DNA of 64,000 nucleotides from Macrostomum lignano (Eukaryota), in assembly GCA_002269645.1 (NCBI GenBank), contig NIVC01002905.1:66616-130615 (forward strand), given 5' to 3'. The notes below the pieces were generated by a model that saw nothing but the letters and a program-made list of their open reading frames with translations, was not told the DNA's origin and made no database searches. Below are positions 1 through 13,500 of this stretch, piece after piece. Numbering within the stretch: the first letter of the stretch is position 1; each line of letters opens with the position of its first letter. The position numbers and the translations under genes were made by a program.

Positions 1-292
1 TGAAACCTCATCCTGCTTCTGGCCTGATATGCGGGCGAAAAGAGCAGCAAGGGATTTCTCAATCGGTTGCGACTGGCTGCGGCTGCTGCTGCTGTGCTTG
101 CGTCATGCAGACGCGATGTGAGGATTGGTTTTGAAAACGAGCAGGGTGAGAGGAGGAGTTGATGAGGCTCGGTTGAGGCTGGGTGAGGGGGAGATTTTTT
201 AGCGAGCACAGAAGGCAGAATCCGCTTCAGAGTTTTGGGAATAACTTAACGGGCACTTCTACTAAGAGAGACTTGGAAAGAGCGCGTGAAAT

Positions 293-620
<328 letters not shown>

Positions 621-1904
621 TACTAATCTATGTATGCATATAAATACTGCACTGGCATTAGCAGAGACTGTCTATTTTTCCCTTTCCAAGGATTTAATGC
701 AAGCCTGAGCTGGGATATTGCAGAAGCAGTGATTTTACTGCAAAAGTTCCGAATTAGACACTTCATCCTGTTTTTCTGGCACGCGCATTACTTTTTTAAA
801 GTCAGTCCCGTCCATCCATAACCCTTGGCTTCTGAACTTGCTCGTCTCACGCAGATATGTCAGATTTCACTTTTTATGCGTGGCAGGATCTCCTGTCTCT
901 ATGCTTATTCCGTTACAGTCGGACACGAAATTCTACTTTTTGGGAAGCTCTACAAGCCTCTTATTTTCTTTCTTAGCTTTGCGCGCTCATCTCTCAGGTG
1001 GAATAATGGGAGCGGGCGGGACTGCTAATTACATAGCAGGCCTGCTTTAATAGGATGGTGACAGACGAGTCATGGGGCTGATGGGGCCTGGGCGGGGTGA
1101 AAAGGAAGGAGGCTGCAGGGCCGGTAATAGAGAGGCCTGTTATTGCTGCCGTGAACAGCTCAGGCAAGACATCGGAATTCGGAACAGAGCATCCGTCTTA
1201 ATAATTGTGCTCATTTATTTATCTGGTTCAATTTCGTGCAGGCCCAACCCTTCAAGGCACGAGAGTGTACCTGCCTGACGATTAGAAAGTCAGGGGCCTG
1301 CTGTACACCCTGAGTGAGCGAGTGTATGGAGTGCGTGTCTGCTTACAGTGTTGGCTGCAGGTGCTCGGGAGTCAGCACTGGCTTCGGGACAATGTTCCGT
1401 AATTTTGTTCTACTTTAACAAAGAAAGTGTTGCAGACTACAGTCAGAAAATTTGTTCCCGATTTTATTTGCCCACCTCAAGACGGCTAAGAATATGATTT
1501 TATCGAGATGGTTTTCATCTTTCTAAGAACTGCTTGTTCTTTTTTGTCGAGTCACATGACTAGCTTTTAAAAACTCGAGGTTGGAACAGAAGAGGAGCTG
1601 AGAAGCAGGAGGGGAGAGGAGAGGAAAGGTCTCAGGAGAGTTGAGGCCTGCATCGCTTTCAAGTTATCGGCAATATAATTACAGAATGAACTCAGCAGAG
1701 ATAATTATGAGGGCAAGATTTTGTTGTCCGTTGCTGCTGTTTTCTTTTGCTTTGTTGCATTTTTCTGTTTTTTTGCTCCTGTTGCCTGGTTTCCTCTGTG
1801 TCACGTTTTCTTTGCACCGCATTTTCTGCGGTATCGTGGCTTACCAAGTATCAACTTTTTTAGGCCTTAATAGATCCGTAAAAACAGACTTTCGGCATCT
1901 TAAT

Positions 1905-2760
1905 CGCCTCAATAGTCTCAGTTGGCGCCTCAATAATCAAGTTGGCGCCTCAATAATCATGATGGCGCCTCAAAAATCATATTGGCGCCTCAATAATCAT
2001 ATTGGCGCCTCAATAATGATATTGGCGCCTAAATAATGATATTGGCGCCTAAATAATGATATTGGCGCCTAAATAATCATATTGGCGCCTTAATAATCAT
2101 CAAGTTGGCACCTCAATAATCATCAAGTTGGCGCCTCAATAATCATCAAGTTAGCGCCTCAATAATCATCAAGTTGGCGCCTCAATAATCATCAAGTTGG
2201 CGCCTCAATAATCATCAAGTTGGCGCCTCAATAATCATCAAGTTGGCGCCTCAATAATCATCAAGTTGGCGCCTCAATAACCATCAAGTTGGCGCCTCAA
2301 TAATCATCAAGTTGGCGCCTCAATAATCATCAAGTTGGCGCCTCAATAATCCATTTGGCGCCTCAATAATCCATTTGGCGCCTCAATAATAATCAATTTG
2401 GCGCCTCAATAATCATCAAGTTGGCGCCTCAATAATCCGTTTGGCGCCTCAATAATCCATTTGGCGCCTCAATAATCCGTTTGGCGCCTCAATAATCATC
2501 AAGTTGGCGCCTCAATAATCATCAAGTTGGCGCCTCAATAATCCATTTGGCGCCTCAATAATCCATTTGGCGCCTCAATAATAATCAATTTGGCGCCTCA
2601 ATAATCATCAAGTTGGCGCCTCAATAATCCGTTTGGCGCCTCAATAATCCATTTGGCGCCTCATTAATCAAGTCGACGTTTCAAAGATCAAGTTGGGGCC
2701 TCAATAATCAAGTTGGTGACTCAATAATCAATTTGGAGCCTCAATAGTCCTATTTGGCGT
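1905..2760 (+). repeat. 20-23 bp minisatellite with GGCGCC core (ttggcgcctcaataatcatcaag)
   Basis: Directly visible tandem units with degenerate ends on both sides. Confidence 0.95.
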
Positions 2761-2968
2761 CTCACTGGCTCTATTTTGCACCTCAATGGTTTTTTGAGGA
2801 AAATTCACCAGCTTTTCTTTGTGCATGTGTCAATCAGTTTACTTAAAAGTAGTCAAAGTAGTAATGTTAGTAGACAGCATATTGGATGAATTTATGCATA
2901 AAAAGGCTTGGCGGTCCTAGTTTATATTGACATGGGCATTGCTATCGGAATAGGTCATGCATTAACGA

Positions 2969-3890
2969 TTCAATGGGTGTTGCTGTCAGTAGAAGGTCAT
3001 AGACACAATGGCTGTTGCTGTCAGTAGAAGGTCATAGACACAATGGGTGCTGCTGTCAGTAGTAGGTCACAGACACAATGGGTGTTGCTGTCAGTAGAAG
3101 GTCATAGACACAATTGGTTTTGCTGTCAGTAGAAGGTCATAGACACAATGGGTGTTGCTGTCAGTAGAAGGTCATAGACACAATTGGTTTTGCTGTCAGT
3201 AGAAGGTCATAGACACAATGGGTGTTGCTGTCAGTAGAAGGTCATAGACACAATTGGTTTTGCTGTCAGTAGAAGGTCATAGACACAATGGGTGTTGCTG
3301 TCAGTAGAAGGTCATAGACACAATGGGTGCTGCTGTCAGTAGAAGGTTATAGACACAATTGGTTTTGCTGTCAGTAGAAGGTCATAGACACAATTGGTTT
3401 TGCTGTCAGTAGTAGGTCATAGACACAATGGGTGTTGCTGTCAGTAGAAGGTCATAGACACAATGGGTTTTGCTGTCAGTAGAAGGTCATAGACACAATG
3501 GGTGCTGCTGTCAGTAGAAGGTCATAGACACGATGGGTGTTGCTGTCAGTAGAAGGTCATAGACACAATGGGTGTTGCTGTCAGTAGAAGGTCATAGACA
3601 CAATGGGTGTTGCTGTCAGTAGTAGGTCATAGATACAATGGGTGCTGCTGTCAGTAGAAGGTCATAGACACAATGGGTTTTGCTGTCAGTAGAAGGTCAT
3701 AGACACAATGGGTTTTGCTGTCAGTGGAAGGTCATAGACACAATGGGTTTTGCTGTCAGTTGAAGGTCATAGACACAATGGGTTTTGCTGTCAGTTGAAG
3801 GTCATAGACACAATGGGTGTTGCTGTCAGTTGAAGGTCATAGACACAATGGCTTTTGCTGTCAGCTGAAGGTCATAGACACAATTCGTGT
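2969..3890 (+). repeat. 35-bp minisatellite (tgctgtcagtagaaggtcatagacacaatgggtgt), about 26 units
   Basis: agacac recurs at 3001 and 3036, giving period 35. Confidence 0.96.
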
Positions 3891-3974
3891 CGTTCAGTCG
3901 TACTGAAAGATTTTCGGGCGCTCTGAACTTTTTCCCCTATCTCACATTTATCAAAGCAATAATTAGCTCATACA

Positions 3975-5047
3975 CGGGTGAGAGACACAGGGTGAGACAC
4001 AGGATGAGAGACACAGGGTGAGAGACACAGGGTGAGAGACACAGGTTGAGAGACACAGGGTGAGACACAATGTGAGACACAGGGTGAGACACAATGTGAG
4101 ACACAGGGTGAGACACAATGTGAGACACAGGGTGAGACACAGGGTGAGATACAGGGTGAGACACAGGGTGAGACACAGGGTGAGACACAGGGTGAGAGAC
4201 ACAGGGTGAGAGACACAGGGTGAGAGACACAGGGTGAGACACAATGTGAGACACAGGGTGAGACACAGGGTGAGACACAGGGTGAGACACAATGTGAGAC
4301 ACAAGGTAAGAGACACAGGGTAAGATACACAGAGTGAGATACAGGGTGAGACACAGGGTGAGACACAGGGTGAGACACAGGGTGAGACACAGGGTGAGAC
4401 ACAGGGTGAGACACAGGGTGAGACACATGGTAGTGACACAGGGTGAGACACAGGGTGAGACACAGGGTGAGACACAGGGTGAGACACAGGGTGAGACATA
4501 GAGTGAGACACAGGGTGAGACACAGGGTGAGACACATGGTAGTGACACAGGGTGAGACACAGGGTGAGACACAGGGTGAGACACAGGGTGAGACACAGGG
4601 TGAGACATAGAGTGAGACACAGGGTGAGACACAGGGTGAGACACATGGTAGTGACACAGGGTGAGACACAGGGTGAGACACAGGGTGAGACACAGGGTGA
4701 GACACAGGGTGAGACACAGGGTGAGACATAGAGTGAGACACAGGGTGAGACACAGGGTGAGACACATGGTAGAGACACAGGGTGAGACACAGGGTGAGAC
4801 ACAATGTGAGACACAAGGTAAGAGACACAGGGTAAGATACACAGAGTGAGACACAGGGTGAGACACAGGGTAAGAGACACAGGGTGAGACACAGGGTGAG
4901 ACACAGGGTGAGACACAGGGTGAGACACAGGGTGAGATATACAGGGTAAGAGACACTGGGTGAGACTGTGAGACACAGGGTAAGAGACACAGGGTGAGAC
5001 ACAGGGTAAGAGACACAGGGTGAGACTGTGAGACACAGGGTGAGAAA
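3975..5047 (+). repeat. 12/14-bp minisatellite (gagacacagggt)
   Basis: Directly visible; it explains the VSHP/CLTL/PCVS ORFs. Confidence 0.96.
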
Positions 5048-5550
5048 CAATTAGAGGCAAAGTGACGCAAGCTGATAATTATCACAGCCAGCCTATTCGG
5101 CCAACAATTATCATACCAATAAATTGAAATGATCCCCATTCGCCAGCTACACTTGGCAATGGTAATTAATTTCATGGCGACTCTGCATCCGGATCTGCAC
5201 TGTCCAGGCACCGCAGTCAGTATTGTTCACTGCAGCGGCAGCAAGCTCACGGGTTTATTCACAGTCCCAACACCAGCTGCTATTCCAGGCCCCAACCCAA
5301 TCTGTCGCTTGTGTTTGCCTTTGGACCAGCGGGCAGCCTCTCTCCGCATCCCTCATCTCTCACATCCCGTCATCTGGCAAATCCCAATCCCTAACCAAAA
5401 CAGCACGGGTTGGTTGGCGTTGCAAAAATGGCATAGATTTATGTTTATTCAGTTTGCTGCCAGAGAAATATTAATTTGAGCAGCAGATGTCAGATCCTTG
5501 GTTGAAGAGGCCCCTGTTTGCAGTCTGTTTTGCCTCCTTAAAGCAATTAG

Positions 5551-6166
5551 GTAAGTATTGAGCTGCTTACGTTACTCTATGATCATTAAAATCACAGGTA
5601 AGGACAGACCCAATACAAAAGTACTGTACGAAATTACTGGAGGATGCGAAGAGACAGCAGACTCAAAGGGACAGACGCGAAGAGACAGACACGAAGGGAC
5701 AGACACGAAGGAACAGACACGAAGGAACAGACACGAAGGGACAGACACGAAGGGACAGACACGAAGGGACAGACACGAAGGGACAGACACGAAGAGACAG
5801 ACTCAAAAGGACAGACACGAAGGGACAGACGCGGAGGGACAGACACGAAGGGACAGACTCGAAGAGACAGACTCGAAGAGACATGCAGGAAAACACAGAC
5901 AGACACGAAGGGACAGACACGAAGAGACAGACACGAAGGGACAGACACTGAGGGACAGACACGAAGGGACAGACACGAAGGGACGGACTCTAAGAGACAG
6001 GCAGGAAAACACAGACAGACGCGAAGGGACAGACACGAAGGGACAGACACGAAGGGACAGACACGAAGGGACAGACACGAAGGGACAGAGACGGAGAGCG
6101 ATCCAGTGAGGCAAAATGGAATTTTACATAAAATTATACATAAAATGTCACCATCATTACCGCCAG
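5551..6166 (+). other. Probable 5' UTR intron of the P2X gene
   Basis: Consensus donor ag|gtaagt at 5551 (alternative ag|gtaagg at 5598). Acceptor ccgccag ends at 6166, 4 nt before the ATG at 6171. Confidence 0.5.
5645..6090 (+). repeat. 14-bp minisatellite (gaagggacagacac)
   Basis: Directly visible tandem units. Confidence 0.94.
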
Positions 6167-6170
6167 AAAA

Positions 6171-6378
6171 ATGGCTTCGGTGAAAAAGTTCCTAGTGGCC
6201 ACTCTGTTCGAATACGAGACCCAGAAGGTGATCGCCATCTCTTCCTACAAGATAGGCCTCATCTATCGCAGCATCCAACTGCTGATTGTCACCTACGTGG
6301 TTGGCTGGGTAATGCTGCGGGAGAAAGGCTACCAGAGTTTTGATCACGTTGTCAGCGGCGTCACCACCAAGTTGAAGG
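6171..6378 (+). CDS. P2X: P2X purinoceptor coding exon 1 (aa 1-70; N-terminus, TM1, ATP-binding K67/K69)
   Basis: Encodes MASVKKFLVATLFEYETQKV...GLIYRSIQLLIVTYVVGWVMLREKGYQ...SGVTTKLKG, with the YxTxK, G-x-Y-R, KGYQ and TKxKG P2X motifs. Donor g|gtgagt at 6379, phase 1. Confidence 0.95.
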
Positions 6379-6390
6379 GTGAGTTCGAGG

Positions 6391-6975
6391 GATGAAGGGT
6401 CAGGGGAGGGAGAAGAGATGAAGGGACAGGCATAGAGAAGAGATGAAGGGACAAGGGATGGAAGAAGAGATGAAGGAAAAGGGAAGGGAGAACAGCTGAA
6501 AGGACTAGCGAAGGAAGAAGAGCAAGGACGACTAAAGTAACGTACTTAAGTAGTCCTTGAAGAAGAGATGAAGGGACAAGGGAAGGAAGAAGAGATGAAG
6601 GGACAGGGGAAATGAGAAAAGATGAATGGATAGGGGATAGAGAAGAGATGAAGGGACATTGGAAGGGAGAAGAGATGAAGGGACATTGGAAGGGAGAAGA
6701 GATGAAGGGACATTGGAAGGGAGAAGAGATGAAGGGACATTGGAAGGGAGAAGAGATGAAGGGACATTGGAAGGGAGAAGAGATGAAGGGACATTGGAAG
6801 GGAGAAGAGATGAAGGGACATTGGAAGGGAGAAGAGATGAAGGGACATTGGAAGGGAGAAGAGATGAAGGGACATTGGAAGGGAGAAGAGATGAAGGGAC
6901 ATTGGAAGGGAGAAGAGATAAAGAGACAGGGGAAGGGCAAGAGATGAAGGGACAGAGAATGGAAAAGAGATGAAA
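6391..6975 (+). repeat. 27-bp purine-rich minisatellite (gaagagatgaagggacattggaaggga), P2X intron 1
   Basis: 9-aa periodic ORFs (EEMKGHWKG) give period 27. Confidence 0.95.
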
Positions 6976-7674
6976 GTACAAAGAATAATTAAGCAGTTAA
7001 GGAACAAAAGGAGCAAACTAATTCAACTAATTATTTATGCTAACGCAAATAAAAACTATGAGGCTCTATCCTGCCTGATGCTACTCCAGTCCCCTCCTGT
7101 CTATAAACCAAGAATAAATGATGCCTCATATATTTGCATGCCAACGCTTCCCCGATCTCCCCTACAGAGCTGTCACCGAGGTATAGAACCATTCCCCCTC
7201 TATACAATAGCTACGAGTAAATGCCACAACTCAAAATTGTGCCAAATAAGGACACAATTTCAGCAGATGAGCCTAACAGAAGGCCAACTGGCAACCCCCA
7301 TGAAAGGGATTTAATTAAGGGGAGAAGCTGAGAACCGCTGATTATGCATGCGTCTGTAACGAACGACAGGCCCTGGGTCGCGTGGGTTGGACTCATTTTG
7401 AGCTGTTGGCAAAATTGCCCCTATGTGACCCCTCAATGATTTACAGCTCGACTGCAGTTATGACTGGCTGATTGGGGGCAATCAAGCTTTGCTGAATCAT
7501 GGGAGTCGAGTTTTACAATAGAATTGGCAAACATTTCTCTCTGCCAAAGCTCTGTGTTGCTTTTAATCGTCGCATCAGTCTTGCGGAAGCAAATAATTTC
7601 TGTCTTCTGTCGGCGCTATTTTTTTCTTTGCATTCTTTTAGGCTTTAGTATTTAGTATTGAATTTAGTATTGAA

Positions 7675-10325
7675 AAACCCTGAACTGGCGCCTATGAAAC
7701 ACCCGGAACTGGTGCCTATGAGACACCCAGAACTGGCGCCTATGAGACACCCCGAAATGGCGCCTATGAGACACCCGGAACTGGTGCCTATGAGACACCC
7801 AGAACTGGCGCCTATGAGACACCCAGAACTGGCGCCTATGAGACACCCAGAAATGGCGCCTATGAGACACTCCGAACTGGCGCCTATGAAACACCCAGAA
7901 CTGGCGCTTATGAGACACCCGGAACTGGCGCCTATGAGACACCCGGAACTGAACTGGCGCCTATGAGACACCCGGAACTGGCGCCTATGAAACACCCGGA
8001 ACTGGTGCCTATGAGACACCCAGAATTGGCGCCTATGAGACACCCAGAACTGGCGCCTATGAGACACCCAGAAATGGCGCCTATGAGACACTCCGAACTG
8101 GCGCCTATGAGACACCCAGAACTGGCGCCTATGAGACACCCAGAAATGGCGCCTATGAGACACTCCGAACTGGCGCCTATGAAACACCCAGAACTGGCGC
8201 TTATGAGACACCCGGAACTGGCGCCTATGAGACACCCGGAACTGGCGCCTATGAGACACCCGGAACTGGCGCCTATGAGACACCCGGAACTGAACTGGCG
8301 CCTATGAGGCACCCAGAACTGGCGCCTATGAGACACCCAGAACTGGCGCCTATGAGACACTCCGAAATGGCGCCTATGAGACACCCCGAAATGGCGGCTA
8401 TGAGATGCCCAGAACTGGCGCCCATGAGACACCCAGAACTGAACTGGCGCCTATGAGGCACTCAGAACTGGCGCCTATGAGACACCCAGAACTGAACTGG
8501 CGCCTATGAGGCACTCAGAACTGGCGCCTATGAGACACCCAGAACTGAACTGGCGCCTATGAGGCACTCAGAAATGGCGCCTATGAGACACTCCGAACTG
8601 GCGCCCATGAGACACCCAGAACTGGCGCCTATGAGACACCCAGAAATGGCGCCTATGAGACACTCCGAACTGGCGCCTATGAAACACCCAGAACTGGCGC
8701 TTATGAGACACCCGGAACTGGCGCCTATGAGACACCCAAAAATGGCGCCTATGAGACACCCGGAACTGGCGCCTATGAGACACTCCGAAATGGCGCCTAT
8801 GAGACACCCCGAAATGGCGCCTATGAGATGCCCAGAACTGGCGCCCATGAGACACCCAGAAATGGCGCCTATGAGACACTCCGAACTGGCGCCTATGAAA
8901 CACCCAGAACTGGCGCCTATGAGACACCCCGAAATGGCGCCTATGAGACACCCAGAACTGGCGCCTATGAGACACTCAGAACTGAACTGGCGCCTTTGAG
9001 GCACTCAGAACTGGCGCCTATGAGACACCCAGAACTGAACTGGCGCCTATGAGGCACTCAGAACTGGCGCCTATGAGACACCCAGAACTGGCGCCTATGA
9101 GACACTCCGAAATGGCGCCTATGAGACACCCCGAAATGGCGCCTATGAGATGCCCAGAACTGGCGCATATGAGACACCTAGAACTGGCGCCTATGAGACA
9201 CCTAAAACTGGCGCCTATGAGACACCCCGAAATGGCGCCTATGAGACACCCCGAAATGGCGCCTATGAGACACCCAAAACTGGCGCCTATGAGACACCCA
9301 GAACTGGCGCCTATGAGATGCCCAGAACTGGCGCCTATGAGACACCCGGAACTGGCGCCTATGGACACCCAGAACTGGCGCTTATGAGACAACACGAAAT
9401 GGCGCCTATGAGACACCCAGAACTGGCGCCTATGAGACACCCGGAACTGAACTGGCGCCTATGAGACACCCGGAACTGGCGCCTATGAGACACCCGGAAC
9501 TGGCGCCTATGAGACACCCAGAATTGGCGCCTATGAGACACCCCGAAATGGCGCCTATGAGACACCCGGAACTGGCGCCTATGAGACACCCGGAACTGGC
9601 GCCTATGAGACACCCGGAACTGAACTGGCGCCTATGAGGCACCCAGAACTGGCGCCTATGAGACACCCAGAACTGGCGCCTATGAGACACTCCGAAATGG
9701 CGCCTATGAGACACCCCGAAATGGCGGCTATGAGATGCCCAGAACTGGCGCCCATGAGACACCCAGAACTGAACTGGCGCCTATGAGGCACTCAGAACTG
9801 GCGCCTATGAGACACCCAGAACTGAACTGGCGCCTATGAGGCACTCAGAACTGGCGCCTATGAGACACCCAGAACTGAACTGGCGCCTATGAGGCACTCA
9901 GAAATGGCGCCTATGAGACACTCCGAACTGGCGCCCATGAGACACCCAGAACTGGCGCCTATGAGACACCCAGAAATGGCGCCTATGAGACACTCCGAAC
10001 TGGCGCCTATGAAACACCCAGAACTGGCGCTTATGAGACACCCGGAACTGGCGCCTATGAGACACCCAGAACTGAACTGGCGCCTATGAGGCACTCAGAA
10101 CTGGCGCCTATGAGACACCCAGAACTGGCGCCTATGAGACACTCCGAAATGGCGCCTATGAGACACCCCGAAATGGCGCCTATGAGATGCCCAGAACTGG
10201 CGCATATGAGACACCTAGAACTGGCGCCTATGAGACACCTAGAACTGGCGCCTATGAGACACCCCGAAATGGCGCCTATGAGACACCCCGAAATGGCGCC
10301 TATGAGACACCCAAAACTAGTGCCC
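7675..10325 (+). repeat. 24-bp minisatellite with GGCGCC core (gaactggcgcctatgagacaccca), P2X intron 1
   Basis: 8-aa periodic ORFs (MRHPELAP); occasional +5 nt gaact insertions. Confidence 0.97.
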
Positions 10326-10596
10326 CAATATTGATTTAAAAGCAAAAATATTTTAATTATTAACATTAAGAGATTATACTTTCTGCAAAGCATATATCCT
10401 ACTTTGTGTTGCCAAAATGCTTGCCAGAGCAAGTCTGACTAACATAAGCGAAGCAGTCAAATATTTGATCAGCTCTGGGCATGCAGTTATACAATTGTTT
10501 TAGCTGATTGAATACATAGTGATTGATGAGCTGTGTGGTGATGGCTGACCCAATGTTTGCATCGGTGAATGATCATTTTTTAGAATAATTTTGAGG

Positions 10597-13500
10597 TGAG
10601 GGATTCAGGAAGAGACATGAGAAGAGAGAGAGAAGAGTCACGAGAAGGGAGAGGAAAGAGTCACGAGAAGGGAGAGGAAAGAGTCACGAGAAGGGAGAGG
10701 AGTCACGAGAAGGGAGAGGAAAGAGTCACGAGAAGGGAGAGGGAAGAGTCACGAGAAGGGAGAGGAAGAGTCACGAGAAGGGAGAGGGAAGAGACACGAG
10801 AAGAGAGACAGAAGAGACACGAGAAGAGAGACAGAAGAGACACGAGAAGAGAGACAGAAGAGACACGAGAAGAGAGACATAAGAGACACGAGAAGAGAGA
10901 CAGAAGAGACACGAGAAGAGAGACAGAAGAGACACGAGAAGAGAGACATAAGAGACACGAGAAGAGAGACAGAAGAGACACGAGAAGAGAGACATAAGAG
11001 ACACGAGAAGAGAGACAGAAGATACACGAGAAGAGAGAGGGAAGAGTCACGAGAAGGGAGAGGAAAGAGTCACGAGAAGGGAGAGGAAAGAGTCACGAGA
11101 AGGGAGAGGAAAGAGTCACGAGAAGGGAGAGGAAAGAGTCACGAGAATGGAGAGGAAGGAGTCACGAGAAGGGAGAGGAAAGAGTCACGAGAAGGGAGAG
11201 AGAAGAGACACGAGAAGGGAGAGGAAAGAGTCACGAGAAGGGAGAGGGAAGAGTTACGAGAAGGGAGAGGAAAGAGTCACGAGAAGAGAGAGGGAAGAGT
11301 CACGAGAAGAGAGAGGAAAGAGTCACGAGAAGGGAGAGGAAAGAGTCACGAGAAGGGAGAGGAAAGAGTCACAAGAAGGGAGAGGAAAGAGTCACGAGAA
11401 GGGAGAAGAAAGAGTCACGAGAAGGGAGAGGGAAGAGTCACGAGAAGGGAGAGGGGAGAGTCACGAGAAGGGAGAGGGAAGAGTCACGAGAAGGGAGAGG
11501 GAAGAGACACGAGAAGAGAGACAGAAGATACACGAGAAGAGAGAGGGAAGAGTCACGAGAAGGGAGAGGAAAGAGTCACGAGAAGGGAGAGGAAAGAGTC
11601 ACGAGAAGAGAGAGGAAAGAGTCACGAGAAGGGAGAGGGAAGAGTTACGAGAAGGGAGAGGAAAGAGTCACTAGAAGGGAGAGGAAAGAGTCACGAGAAG
11701 GGAGAGGAAAGAGTCACGAGAAGGGAGAGGGAAGAGTCACGAGAAGGGAGAAGGAAAGAGTCACGAGAAGGGAGAGGAAAAAGTCACGAGAAGAGAGAGG
11801 AAAGAGTCACGATAAGAGAGAGGAAAGAGTCACGAGAAGGGAGAGGAAAGAGTCACGATAAGAGAGAGGAAAAAGTCATGAGAAGAGAGAGGAAAGAGTC
11901 ACGATAAGAGAGAGGAAAGAGTCACGAGAAGGGAGAGGAAAGAGTCACGAGAAGGGAGAGGAAAGAGTCACGAGAAGAGAGAGGAAGAGTCACGATAAGA
12001 GAGAGGAAAGAGTCACGAGAAGGGAGAGGAAAGAGTCACGAGAAGGGAGAGGAAAGAGTCACGAGAAGAGAGAGGGAAGAGTCACGATAAGAGAGAGGAA
12101 AGAGTCACGAGAAGGGAGAGGGAAGAGTCACGAGAAGGGAGAAGGAAAGAGTCACGAGAAGAGAGAGGAAAGAGTCACGAGAAGGGAGAGGAAAGAGTCA
12201 CGAGAAGAGAGAGGGAAGAGTCACGATAAGAGAGAGGAAAGAGTCACGAGAAGGGAGAGGAAAGAGTCACGAGAATGGAGAGGAAAGAGTCACGAGAAGA
12301 GAGAGGAAAGAGTCACGAGAAGAGGAGAGGGAAGATTCACTAGAAGGGAGAGGAAAGAGTCACGAGAAGAGAGAGGAAGAGTCACGAGAAGGGAGAGGGA
12401 AGAGTCACGAGAAGGGAGACGGAAGAGTCACGAGAAGGGAGAAGGAAAGAGTCACGAGAAGGGAAAGGAAAAAGTCACGAGAAGAGAGAGGAAAGAGTCA
12501 CGATAAGAGAGAGGAAAGAGTCACGAGAAGGGAGAGGAAAGAGTCACGAGAAGGGAGAGGAAAGAGTCACGAGAAGAGAGAGGGAAGAGTCACGATAAGA
12601 GAGAGGAAAAAGTCACGAGAAGAGAGAGGAAAGAGTCACGATAAGAGAGAGGAAAGAGTCACGAGAAGGGAGAGGAAAGAGTCACGAGAAGGGAGAAAGA
12701 GTCACGAGAAGAGAGAGGGAAGAGTCACGATAAGAGAGAGGAAAGAGTCACGAGAAGGGAGAGGGAAGAGTCACGAGAAGGGAGAAGGAAAGAGTCACGA
12801 GAAGAGAGAGGAAAGAGTCACGAGAAGGGAGAGGAAAAAGTCACAAGAAGAGAGAGGGAAGAGTCACGATAAGAGAGAGGAAAGAGTCACGAGAAGGGAG
12901 AGGAAAGAGTCACGAGAATGGAGAGGAAAGAGTCACGAGAAGAGAGAGGAAAGAGTCACGAGAAGGGAGAGGGAAGATTCACTAGAAGGGAGAGGAAAGA
13001 GTCACGAGAAGAGAGAGGGAAGAGTCACGAGAACGGAGAGGAAAGAGTCACGAGAAGGGAGAGGAAAGAGTCACGAGAAGTGAGAGGAAAAAGTCACGAG
13101 AAGGGAGAGGGAAGAGACACGAGAAGGGAGAGGAGTCACGAGAAGGGAGAGGGAAGAGTCACGAGAAGGGAGAGGAAAGAGTCACGAGAAGGGAGAGGAA
13201 AGAGTCACGAGAAGGGAGAGGGAAGAGTCACGAGAAGGGAGAGGGAAGAGACACGAGAAGAGAGACAGAAGATCGCGAGAAGAGAGAGGGAAGAGTCACG
13301 AGAAGGGAGAGGAAAGAGTCACGAGAAGGGAGAGGAAAGAGTCACGAGAAGGGAGAGGAAAGAGTCACGAGAATGGAGAGGAAAGAGTCACGAGAAGGGA
13401 GAGGAAAGAGTCACGAGAAGGGAGAGAGAAGAGACACGAGAAGGGAGAGGAAAGAGTCACGAGAAGGGAGAGGGAAGAGTTACGAGAAGGGAGAGGAAAG

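Noticed and set aside
1-140. Possible start of a minus-strand gene leaving the window (ATG at 11; Ala/Gln-rich frames)
   Set aside because: Too little sequence. The ATG at about 106 closes after 15 codons and no family motif is present.
5050-5500. ORFs 5129-5479 and 5223-5474 upstream of P2X
   Set aside because: No recognisable motifs, and the overlapping frames are of similar quality. More likely P2X promoter/5' UTR sequence.
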